Shown here piece by piece: positions 18,015 through 29,996 of a stretch of DNA of 64,000 nt. The stretch spans positions 13,306,651 through 13,370,650 of the forward strand of contig CM120647.1 of assembly GCA_051362555.1 (NCBI GenBank), given 5' to 3'. The position numbers and the translations under genes were made by a program. This DNA comes from Lingula anatina. Lineage: Eukaryota; Animalia; Brachiopoda. The notes below the pieces were generated by a model. The model saw only the letters and a program-made list of their open reading frames with translations, had not been told where the DNA came from and did no database searches. How positions within the stretch are numbered: the first letter of the stretch is position 1; the number at the start of each line of letters is the position of its first letter.

Positions 18015-21000
18015 ATGAACGTTCAGGCAGCGACAGCCGAGGCGGTGTCTGGAGACAGATATCACGACCTGTTTGATACGGAATTATTTCTGAAGAATTT
18101 CCATATTGAGGAGCGTCCGACAGCGAGGTTTGTGAGGAATACCCTTGCTAACGTCCTGAGATCTGGTAATAGTATGTTTCATCTATGTAATATCAAAGAA
18201 TGATCTTGCTACCCTTACCAAAGAACAGTTTACAGCAAATTTGCTGGAAATTTTCTGCAAACCAAACAGTTTCCCAGAAGCTGTTTGCTGGTTGTTGCAA
18301 GAAAAATTGTTGCTGCAAAATTGCAATGGCACATTTGGTAGAAATCCTCATATACTTTCAAATTAAAAACAGTACCTTATTTACATGGAATATCCATTTT
18401 GTCAGATTTGCGGCAACAGAGTGCTAGAAGTCTAAACTTTTGCAAAAATTGATGTCAATTTGACTGATCCTATTGGCTGGCCAACTCACCATATTGATAT
18501 AGGAAAAAATTCCAGTCTAAATGTTCGAATCATAGCATATTGGCAAGGTATATGTATATGACCAAAAAGTAATTACTTTGAGGCATTTTTAAATTTATAA
18601 CAATCCCAATTTTTTTACAATAGCAAAAATGGAATAGCATTCTCATTTCTAATCGCATTTTAGGCCAGACCTTATAGACTATGTAGAGTACAGTAATGCC
18701 TGTACCGGTAGGCATACATATATTTGTCTCGCTGCACACAGAAGTCGGCAGAGAGCTTCGCCAAAAGTTCATCATCAAACTCAGTCCGTTACACGTCGAA
18801 CATATACGTTGCACCACGGTGGGGGAAAAGAAATTGCGTTACCAAACTCTCATACTGGTAGTTTACGCAATTGTCAAAACTGGCTACTTCTGTGCTTTAT
18901 GGGATTTTACTTCGGCGTTGACTTTTAAGGTATCGTTAAGCATAATTCATAGCCATCGATCGACAATGATCAACCGAAATCAGTTGAGATTACGAAATTC
19001 GAAAATGGAGTTGGTCGCGCAGACGTGAAAAGGGGCGGATCCTGCCGAACTCTTCTCTTTGGCAAACTTCGGCGCTGTCAGCGGAATCAGTTTTGAATTT
19101 TTGTTCCGTTTGGAGTGAAATATTAATCCACCACACACAAACATTAGACGCTTTGAAGTCTAAAGCGAATATTTAAAAGTTTTTTTTTTTATTTGCCAAC
19201 GGTCTTGGATATGGCGTGTGTGAAGATATATGCCTTAAAGATAGTGACACTTCAAACACCAGACGCTTCAAAAGTTATCCAAATTATGAAAGTTTACAAA
19301 AGTAAATAAGGTTTGTGCATATGTAACAAAACAGAAACAGTAGGTGTATTTGACATTTATATTCAAGCAAAGTCAACCAAATGCTATGGATGGACTATTT
19401 TTGAATTTCGAGTTTTTTTTTAATTTGTAAATTTTTAGATTTCTGGTCTCTGCGACTCTACAGTATTGATTGAAACTCAAGTTGTGGTCGTTCCTAGAAA
19501 GAAAGTAAATTGACTCAAGTTGCGATCAAATCTAGCAAAAAAAAAGGTAAATTGGAGAGTGTTCGGGAAGGGAGGAAAGGTACCAAATTGTATCACTGGA
19601 CAGAAGGAAAAAGAAGATAAGATGGTGTTGTTTCCTTAAGACAGTACGAATGAATGATCGATGGCTTTTAAAATGAGAAATATCAATATTATCAATTTAA
19701 ATTCAGTAAAATAGCTAATGTCACTTTAGCATTTTCAATTATTACACTACTACAAATCGCTTGAAATACTCCGCCGTTGAGGAAACTTTGCACTCTACGT
19801 TTTATCCCATAATCCGATTCAATGCAGTATTTTTTTCTGAAACAGATCCATTTTTGGAGGTAATTATAAAACGAATATTTAGCTTTTTTTCAAGATGCAG
19901 TTCTTGTTGCATTTTTTGCAGGATGCGTCTTTTGACAACGAACCCAAACTTTATGTTGTGTCAGTCGGCCTTGTTTCGTCTTCTTATTAAGGACAACAAT
20001 GGTAATCTGTCTTATTATCAGTCCATGCAGACCTTGCATTACAGTAGTTTGAAAAATGAAGGTTATTCCTAATTATATGTTTTGTTTTGTTTTCTGAAGA
20101 GGTTCTTAATTGGGTGACCGGGTTAGTACCGATGAACAAATATATATAAAAGAATCAGGATATATCGAAGGACGCCCAAACAACGCTCATCGGTCTAGCA
20201 GGAGGAAGAAAGGTCGTAGAGTGTGTACCCATGCCCGCGACTCAATTAAAATCAAATAAAATTTCCCACGGTCTGCACAAGTGGAGGCAGGCAGGTCACT
20301 GAGTGGACGCACAAGTCGCTTATCGGACGCACAGGTCGCTCGCAGTTTTACAGGTCAAGATTAGGCCGTTCATAGGACGCACAGGGACCCAGACACCTTC
20401 ACACTAAAACCCCCTTTACACTGGACAGCATCCTTTCTGCGTCCTTTGACCATGAAACTGGCATAACGCTGGTCGTAAAAAAGAGACACAAGAATCGCTT
20501 TGGTTGCAGAATGAACGTTCAATGATCGGCCAATATTGTCGGCACGTAAATTATTATCTCCCCCTCCCCTCAATCAGGGCCGTATTATGGGACGCAAAAA
20601 GGACGCCGTCCAGTGTAAAGGGGGCTTAATACACGATTTAATTACTTTGGCGACAGTTGAGCGTCCTTACCGAATTTTTGATCTCAGAAGGGACGCAGTA
20701 AGGACGCCGTCCAGTTTAAAGGGGCCTTAATCGTTATCTCTACCCTTAAAGTCAATAGTCCCTGATATCAGAACAGACAATCTAAGAAATATGTGCTTGT
20801 GTGACTACTTTCAATAGATTTTACATTACCTTTCTTTTACACTCCATTTAATTTTATGTATTTCATTTGAGTCAATCTCCTTTTATATTACTTATTTTAT
20901 TCGTAAATTTAAAATTTATTCATCTTTTAAAAGTAGTCATATAAATCAATCAATCAACGTATTAATTTATTGACGGATTATTAATTAATTAATTAGTACA

Positions 21001-22269
21001 AAAAAAAAAAAAAAACCTGAAATTCGGGTGTTACTGAAAACCCACCTTTGTATAATAAACATATAAATACCTCTGTAATTTCCTTTCACCGACGTGACTT
21101 CTATAACTCGATCAGGGTGCCATGTCTGCATTGTGTTAGAAACAGTATACAACAAGTAATACGACCGTCATTTGTACACGAAACAGTTGTAAAACATACC
21201 GGCATACACCCATATGTTTTAGTCTCCCCGCATGCCTTTTTTTCTGTTGCATTCTTCTGCACAACATTCAGTAATTTAACTGAGACTATTTTGCTTCATT
21301 TGCATGAAAAACAGAGATTTAGAAGCATGGGTTCATCGAATTAATGGACTTCAAAAACCCTTAATCCCCTTCCAGCTTCTATATCCAAGTTGCGCAAACT
21401 AGTGAATGTTTTCTGCATCTGATGTACGGAGTTGAAATAGGAGAGGGACTTGGGTTTAATTCAAGGTGATTAATTCGGTGTACCTATCTTCTACACCAAC
21501 TCTTAAAATTCATATTATGTGAGATTATTAGTCTCAGTTTAGTAATTGTGTAGTGCAGAAAGCAACACTCAAATTTTTGGGTCACTTGTTTGCCATACTC
21601 CTATATGTATCACCGCTAAGAGATACATGTAATATTAATAAAACAATCTGATAATGTATCTATTTATCCATATATTCGTCAGGGAGAATAGGCGGAGCTA
21701 GACTGTTGGATTTAGGGAGTGGTCCAACCATTAAGCACCATGTCATACTTTCCAAGTATTTTAACGAGCTAGCGTTCAGTGACTTCACAGAGAAGAACAG
21801 AGAGGCACTGAGGAAATGGAGAGATGGTGAGGCAGGGGCGTTTGACTGGGATTCAACCTTCAGATGTGTAGCCGATTTAGAAGGAGAAGAGTGAGTGTTT
21901 AACTTTTTTAACTTCTCTCCGAGATTGAAGGCCAAATTCATTAAAAAAAAATCTTATCCTAGAGATTCGTTGCTCGAAACGTCCATACACTTTGACGTAC
22001 TGTACCATTTTTAATTGAATGATTTAGCTAGTTCTAAATGGCATATCTTTGGGACATTTATAAACCTTTAAATTTGTTAAAACAGTTCAATGACGAAAGA
22101 TTTTACTTTAAGTGAAATTGTAATAAAAAACTTGCTTACCGTGATGAAACAGGTTTGTTCATCATACCTCCTGTTGATACGACAAATTTGTTTTTGTTCA
22201 CGTACTATAAGAATGAAATACATGTATGAAAGGTCAGGGAAAAGGTTAAGTAGGCCTGTAATTTTCCAA

Positions 22270-22302
<33 letters not shown>

Positions 22303-22825
22303 TGCCTGGCAAGTTGAAAAGATAAGAAATACATGATATCATAAATCACGTGGGTATATTTATTATTCACATTACTGATATGATTGTTGTAACTTTAGGG
22401 AAAATTGGATTGCTCTGAAAGAAAGTTTCCGCAACAAAATGAGCACTATATACCCGTGTGACGTCAGAAACCCAAATCCACTGTACCCAGTATTGAGCAA
22501 ACCTTTCGATTGCGTCACCAGTATTTTTTGTCTCGAGGCTGCGTGCTCAGATGACATTACATTTGATCACGTCATCAGAAATGTGACGCCACTGCTCAAA
22601 GATGGTGGCCATCTCATCATTGTGAATAGTCTGCGGCAGAGCGCCTATATTGTGGGAGATGTTCATTTTTCTGCGCGGAGTTTGGAGAAGGAAGAGTACA
22701 TCCGGTTTCTGAAATCTGCTGGGTTAGATGAGATATCGTGGTATGAAGGGGAAGAGTCGACGGGCGGCCATCTTGCCAACTCAAGTGGAGTCTATATGAT
22801 CGTTGCCAAGAAAAAAGCTGTCTAA
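18015..22825 (+). CDS. NNMT/PNMT/INMT-family methyltransferase copy 1, 261 aa. Exons 18015-18165, 21683-21890, 22399-22825
   Basis: Motifs LLDLGSGPTI, FSDFTEKNR, FDW, CDVRNPNPL, DCVTSIFCLEAAC, LLKDGGHLII, YIVG; three exons with phase 1 and phase 2 introns. Confidence 0.92.
18730..19615 (+). pseudogene. Decayed, rearranged fragment of the STELLO locus inside intron 1 of NNMT copy 1
   Basis: 18730-19096 aligns to ~14288-14649 (start ATG changed to TTG, frameshifted); 19092-19615 aligns to ~12275-12835. Confidence 0.85.
20408..20626. mobile_element. PIF/Harbinger-like MITE with TAA TSD; a second right-end TIR ends at ~20727, suggesting nesting in a related element
   Basis: TAA-aaccccctttacactggacagcatcctttctgcgtcc ... 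ggacgcaaaaaggacgccgtccagtgtaaagggggct-TAA; related end ggacgccgtccagtttaaaggggcct-TAA at 20702-20730. Confidence 0.7.
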
Positions 22826-23609
22826 TCCTCCAATTTTTGAAGCCTGCTTAAAGGTCCCTCAGCTTAAAGAGAATATTTTATAAATGACTGAAACCCACGA
22901 AGATATGTTATGAACTAATAATGACAGTTTGATATTTCAACTAACAAAATGCAGATGGATTAGAGTCAATGCCATTCAATATGTTTCATATCATCTTGGA
23001 AGAATAAATGAAAATGAATTACAGAAATGTAAAAAAGAATATTAATTTCACTTGGCTTTGTGTGAGAATGGCAGAGAAACAGCAGACTGTATAAGTATAC
23101 TGACCTACCGTATATCTCTGATAATACACACGCAACCACAAACCAATTACACACATACAAGCACACACACGCACAAACGCGCGCACACAAAAACACATGC
23201 ACACACAGAGAATGTCACACCTAGCGCTAATGCATGAAATATTGCCAATGCGTAGATGTTTAACGTCGCATACGTCTCGAATATGCAGGCAAACGTTGTT
23301 GTGAGTTTGCTTACTAGGAGCGAGATTAAATGTTTTGAGCATGCGCAGAAACGATTTCATTCACTGCGTGTTTTAAAATCTGTTAAACTGAATGCATTCA
23401 GCAAAAGTAACATGGAGGTGGGATCGGTCTACGTAGACCAATGTATAGTTTCAATGAGCATAAGACCTTAGTTTCTGGAATATATACCCGCATGAAACCT
23501 TTTTGGAAGAGTTCATCTCGCCCTCTGGTAGTGAAAAACTATTAATAATCGGTATCTCTCATACTGGTATTCCAAGTCAAGGTATATTCCAGTGGAAAAA
23601 GGTAGAAAA

Positions 23610-26600
23610 ATGAACGTTCAGACAGCGACAGCCGAGGCGGTGTCTGGAGACAGATATCACGACCTGTTTGATACAGAATTATATCTGAAGAATTTCTATG
23701 TTGAGGAGTGTCCACTATCGACGTTTGTGCGGAATACTCTTGCTAACGTCCTGAAATCTGGTAATATTATATTTCATCTATGCAATATCAAGAATGATCT
23801 GGCTACCTTTAGCAAAATGAAAATTTTGCAGCAAATCTACTGTAAATTTACTGCAAACTAAACAGTATGCAAAGCAAAAAATGTTTGCAGGTTTTGCAAG
23901 GGAATATTGTTGTTAAAGTTTTGCTGCAAATGTGCAAGAGCATCTAAATCGGTACCCCATCTGCATGGTCAATTCCTCAGACATTCACCATGCAGATAGG
24001 GTACTCCAGCAGAGCTCTTGCAAGAAGTCTCTAATTTTGTTAAGTTTAGCTGTCATATCATTAGCTATCTTACAGGTATAATGTTGCGGCGAATTAAAAT
24101 GATAATAAACGCAAGCAGATATAAAGAAATGGGCAAAAATTGAAGTGAAGTGAACTTGTGTAGTCGAATACTGATAATTTACCTCAGGCCCGTAGCAAGG
24201 GGGGTTCGGGGGGGGGGGGGGGGAGGGTTCGAAAGAACCACCCTTTTTGTCAGGAAAAGGTCCATTTGGGGTAAAATCTGATCTAGGTACACATAAGTTT
24301 CATTGTAAAAGGGTCACTTTTTCAGAAAAAAAAAATTTGAATTTGCTGGATAAGGGCCTGTACCTTCTTAATTTAGGGCTCCAGTACTTGACGAATCTCG
24401 CACAGAAATACGTACATAAAAGAGACAGACACCTAGGCATAGGCCTATACCTACATATAGGGTTAGAAAGTCTTCTAGCAATCCTAGAAAAAACTGCCGA
24501 CTGCGACTAGAAATTATTCAAATTCACGCTAAATATCAGAAGTAAAAAGAAATATTTGGAAATCTCAGCAGCGCCTACACTTCTTCAGCGCGTTGTTTCA
24601 CTCTTTAAAGCAGGATATTAAAACAAATTGAAACAAATTGCCACTATCCAATATTTACCGTTACCGAAATTGCTGTCTAGTCTAGTTCATTTTTGATGCA
24701 CACTGAGACGTTAAGTGAATAGTCCCAGTATCAGAACAGACAATCTGAAGAATACACATGTATATTGTGGGACTACTTTTAAAAGCTTTTTAGTTACTTT
24801 TCTTTTACACTCTCTGTAATTCCTATTTAATTCCATCTCATTTTATCTAATTTACTCAATTCGTCTTTTTGTTATTTATTTTATATATGTAAATCGATCA
24901 GGGTGTTATGCCTGCACTATGTAAGAAACAGGATAACAGGATTCGACAGGTAATACGACCATCATTTGTGCACGAAACAGTTGTAATAAATACCGGCATA
25001 CACCCATATGTTTTAGTCTCCCCGCATGCCTTTTTTTTCTGTTACATAGTGTGCAGATATGTAACTAAGACTATTTTGCATCATTTCACGAAAAAGAGAG
25101 AGTTATAAGCATGGCATCATCGAATTAATGGACTTAAAAAACCCTTAATCCCCTTCCAGCTTCTATATCCAAGTTGCACAAACTGGTGAACGTTGTCTGC
25201 AGCTGATGTAGGGAGTGGAAATAGGAGAGGGACTTGGGTTTAATTCAAGGTGATTAATTCGGTGTATATATCTTCTAAACCAACCCTTAAAATGCATATT
25301 ATGTGAGATAGTCTCAGTTTAGTAATTGTGTAGTGCAGAAATCAACACTCAAATTTTGGGTCACTTGTTTGCCATACTCCAATCACAGCTAAGAGATAAT
25401 ACTCACAAAACAATCTGATAATGTATCTATTTATTCATATATTCGCCAGGGAGAATAAACGGGACGAGGCTACTGGATTTAGGCAGTGGTCCAACTATTG
25501 CGCACCATGTCATACTTTCCAAGTATTTTAACGAGCTAGCGTTCAGTGACCTCACAGAGAAGAACAGAGAGGCACTGAGGAAATGGAGAGATGGTGAGGC
25601 AGGGGCGTTTGACTGGGATTCAACCTTCAAATGTGTGGCCGCTTTAGAAGGAGAAGAGTGAGTGTTTAACTTTTGCTCTATAAATATTCTTTCCGGGACT
25701 GATGACCCAAACTCATTAAAAAAATCTGCTCTTAGTGATTCGTTGCTCTAAATCTTCACACACTTTGGTGTTTTATACTATTTCTAGTTAAATGATTTTA
25801 GCTAGGTCTTAAAGGCAGACAATTAGAAGAAGGAATCGATGTCAGGTACTTTAATTTGAGGGAATTTATTATGTCTAAGGTCTGGATTGAGAAAGATAAA
25901 GGGAATTTTAAAACAAAAAGTATAACTTTGAGACATTTACAAACCTGTTTAAACAGTATTTCGGAAACCAGTTTTTACTTTAAGAGAGGAGACAAAAATT
26001 TCGCTTTCCATTATAAAACAGGTCGGTACATCATGCCTCTTGCTGACAAGACATATTCAGTGGCAGCTTTTTGCTCACATAGATCTACGATACCATTGAA
26101 ATGTATGTATGGAATGTCAAGAAAAAGTTAAGTAGGTCTATAGTTTTCTAATAAGGAAAAAAGACATTATTTTACATCACGTGGGTTTATTTATGATGCA
26201 AATTACTGATATGATTATTGTTACTTTAGGGAAAATTGGATGGCTCTGAAGGAAAGTTTCCGCAACAAAATGCGCACCATATACCCGTGTGACCTCAGAA
26301 ACCCCAATCCACTTCACCCGGTGTTGAGCAAACCTTTCGATTGCGTCACCAGTACGTTCTGTCTCGAGGCTGCGTGCTCGGATGACGTCACATTTGATCG
26401 CGTCATCAGAAATGTGACGTCACTGCTCAAAGATGGTGGCCATCTCATCATTGTGAACAGTCTGCGGCAGAGTGCCTATATTGTGGGAGATGTTCATTTT
26501 TCTTCACGGAGTTTGGAGAAGGAAGAGTACATCCGGTCTCTGAAATCTGCTGGGTTAGATGAGATATCGTGGTATGAAGGGGAAGAGTCGGCGGGCGACC

Positions 26601-26656
26601 ATCTTTCCAATTCAAGTGGAGTCTATGTGATCGTTGCCAAGAAAAAACCCGCCTAA
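23610..26656 (+). CDS. NNMT/PNMT/INMT-family methyltransferase copy 2, 261 aa. Exons 23610-23760, 25450-25657, 26230-26656
   Basis: Same exon sizes as copy 1 (151/208/427 nt), intact motifs, duplicated upstream region (23210-23610 resembles 17610-18015). Confidence 0.92.
24185..24360. mobile_element. CAGGCCCGTAGC MITE with 5-bp TSD TACCT
   Basis: tacct-caggcccgtagc ... ggataagggcctg-tacct. Confidence 0.85.
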
Positions 26657-26936
26657 TCCTCCAATTTTTGAAGCCTGCTTAAAGGTCCCTTCAGCTTAAA
26701 GAGAAAACTTTATAAATGATTGAAACCCACGAAGAAATATTATGAACTATATATTAATGACAGTTTGAAATTTCAACTAACAAAATGCAGATGGATTAGA
26801 GTCAGTGCCATTCAATATGTTTCATATCATTTTGGAAGAATAAACTCTATCCAAAATAAGTGAGTTTGGGTGGCAATATTATACTTCAAGACTTCAATGA
26901 GGGGGGCAGCTTTTTAGGAATGACATACCTCGAATA

Positions 26937-27490
26937 CACGCTCGGCTGTCACCTTGATTGGATAGTAAACGATTGTCGTAAAATCGCTAAATGATATTAA
27001 AACCGGGTGCATAAACTTGAAAACCACCTACAACAACCTTGGACTACCACATTAATCCAATACAATGCAAAAATAAACTATAACAAGTGGTTAAAGCCTT
27101 CAAACCGAATGTCGTAAAGTCCCCATATACCTCCATAGAGACAATAAAATAGAATGAGCTTCTGAAACAAACCTGATCCAGTTCCAACAGAATAATCGAA
27201 ATAAAATACTGCCGGGCATCGGAGCGGCCTAAAACTTGGCACGCTTACCGCTAATACTGCAGGCTACATCATTCCGTCGCTCGTTTGTAAATTCCGTGCA
27301 TGGCATACGCACAATCAAACCGTAAAAAACAAATTCTCGGGGTGTCGTTGGCCAGGTCCACTCTAACCTACCATTACGAAAAAGAAGCCATGCCATTGGA
27401 CAATGCGACCTCTGCGGTTACGTCATTTCCTGAATTGGATTGTTGCGTGGACCTAGCCAACGACACCCCGAGAATTTGTTTTTTTACGGT
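26937..27490. mobile_element. Truncated copy of the foldback element (complete 425-bp arm, 85-bp spacer, 44 bp of the second arm)
   Basis: Near-identical to 58407-58960; ends abruptly and joins sequence homologous to NNMT intron 1. Confidence 0.9.
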
Positions 27491-27830
27491 ATCGATGGAT
27501 TCATCGAATTAATGGTCTTTACAAACCATTAATCCCCTTCCAGCTTCTATATCCAAGATGTGCAAACTAGGGAACGTTTGCTGCAGCTGATGTAGGGAGT
27601 GGAAATAGGAGAGGGACTTGGGTTTAATTCAAGGTGATTAATTCGGTGTACCTATCTAAAACAACTCTTAAAATTCATATTATGTGAGATAGTCTCAGTT
27701 TAGTAATTGTGTAGTGCAGAAAGCAACACTCAAATTTTGGGTCACTTGTTTGCCATACTCCAATCACAACTAAGAGATAATACTCACAAAACAATCTGAT
27801 AATGTATCTATTTATTCATATATTCGTCAG

Positions 27831-29048
27831 GGAGAATAGGCGGAGCTAGACTGTTGGATTTAGGCAGTGGTCCAACTATTGCGCACCATGTCATACTTTC
27901 CAAGTATTTTAACGAGCTAGCGTTCAGTGACCTCACAGAGAAGAACAGAGAGGCAATGAGAAAATGGAGAGATGGCGAGGCAGGGGCGTTTGACTGGGAT
28001 TCAACCTTCAAATGTGTGGCCGCTTTAGAAGGAGAAGAGTGAGTGTTTATTAACTTTTGCTCTATAAATATTCTTTCCGGGACTGACGACCCAAATTCAT
28101 TTAAAAAATCTGCTCTTAGTGATTCGTTGCTCGAAATTTTCACACACTTTGGTGTCTTATACCATTTCTAGTTGAATGATTTTAGCTAGTTCTTAAAGGC
28201 AGACAATTAGAAGAAGGAATCGGTCTTTTGTGCTTTAATTTGAGGGAATTTATTATTTCTAAGGTCTGGATTGAGAAAGATAAAGGGAATTGTAAAACAA
28301 AAAGTATATTTTTGAGACATTTACAAACCTTTAAGTTTGTTAAAACAGTATTTCGGAAACCAGTTTTTACTTTAAGAGAGGAGACAAAAAATTCGCTTTC
28401 CACTGTAAAACAGGTTGGTACATCATGCCTCTTGCTGACAAAACATATTCAGTCGCAGTTTTTTGTACACATAGATCTACGATACTATAGAAATGCATGT
28501 ATGTAATGTCGAGAAAAAGTTAAGTAGGTCTATAGTTTTCTAATAAGGAAAAAAGACATTATTTTACATCACGTGGGTTTATTTATGATGCAAATTACTG
28601 ATATGATTGTTGTTACTTTAGGGAAAATTGGATGGCTCTGAAGGAAAGTTTCCGCAACAAAATGAGCACCATATACCCGTGTGACGTCAGAAACCCCAAT
28701 CCACTTCACCCGGTGTTGAGCAAACCTTTCGATTGCGTCACCAATATATTCTGTCTCGAGGCTGCGTGCTCAGATGACGTCACATTTGATCGCGTCATCA
28801 GAAATGTGACGTCACTGCTCAAAGATGGTGGCCATCTCATCATTGTGAACAGTCTGCGGCAGAGCGCCTATATTGTGGGAGATGTTCATTTTTCTGCACG
28901 AAGTTTGGAGAAGGAAGAGTACATCCGGTCTCTGAAATTTGCTGGGTTAGATGAGATATCGTGGTATGAAGGGGAAGAGACGACGGGCGGCCATCTTACC
29001 AATTCAAGTGGAGTCTATATGATCGTTGCCATGAAAAAAGCTATCTAA
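27831..29048 (+). pseudogene. NNMT-family copy 3: exons 2 and 3 intact (27831-28038, 28622-29048), promoter and exon 1 missing; pseudogene or alternative 3' exon pair
   Basis: Open frames and intact splice sites, but no MNVQ...VLRSG-type exon between 26656 and 27831. Confidence 0.8.
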
Positions 29049-29075
29049 TCCTGCCATAAAGTGCCTTCAACTTAA

Positions 29076-29996
29076 GGTATTTCCATACTGCATGTATAGA
29101 GGGAGCCACTGCAGCATCAAGCTCTCCTGCACTGGAGGACAATATAAGCATGCACTTCCTCTAGTCACCAGCTTTTATTTACCATGTGCTGTGTTGTTTT
29201 GAAATTATAAATCCCTAAAGATGAGTAATATTCCACCCAGAAAGGCTGGCAAGTTCATTTCACAGGGCAATTTCACGAACCCCCTCCCTAAATAGAACCC
29301 CCTCCCAAGAATCCCTGGATCCCCCCTGTCTTTCATTATATTCTCAATTATGAAATATTCAGCAACTAAATATAGTGAGAAATACCATGAATGCTACTTT
29401 GAGGGCTATAGAGTTGAAGTGATGTATATTTGGGGCTTGAACTGAGGTGACATTACATTTTTCGGCATTTTTTGCCTTTTTTTGATAATTTCAATTGACT
29501 ATATTTCAATATTTAGCCTGATGACCTACTATTTTTTTAACATCATGTCATGAAGTACTCATAGGAGAGTGTTTTTGCTCATTTTCATGAAAATTAAATT
29601 CAGGGATTGGGTACAATGACCAATTTTGTGTAAAATTGTTGGTTTCCAAACTGGCCACCAGGTGGCGTAGAAACATGATGAGGTCAGTTCTAAAAATAGA
29701 AACAACAATAAATGTATGAAAAAATGTAAAAATATTCTCTTTTCTCTTCATTAAAATCTTAACAGGTGTAATTATCCCCCTCAGGAGTGATATACTGGGC
29801 CTGAAAACTTATTTATATAGAGGCGCTGCGATATCCAATTCTAGCATTTTAGTCCATATTTCAGTTGGCTGTGGTGAGGAAACTAAACCGGTGACCATAT
29901 CAAAAAAAATCATTTTTATTACCAGTTTCACCTGTACTTCATTGGTGCAAAGTTTGGAGACAATTAAATTAGAGAATCTAAAAGTATGGAAATACC
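29076..29996. mobile_element. Non-autonomous DNA transposon with TTAA TSD and GG...CC ends (Kolobok-like), in the 3' UTR of NNMT copy 3
   Basis: TTAA-ggtatttccatact ... agtatggaaatacc-TTAA (14-bp perfect TIR); copies 1 and 2 keep the empty site cttaaagagaa. Confidence 0.85.

Noticed and set aside
18696-19028. 110-aa ORF as a second STELLO gene
   Set aside because: The start codon is lost, the frame shifts within the signal anchor, and homology stops before the catalytic domain.
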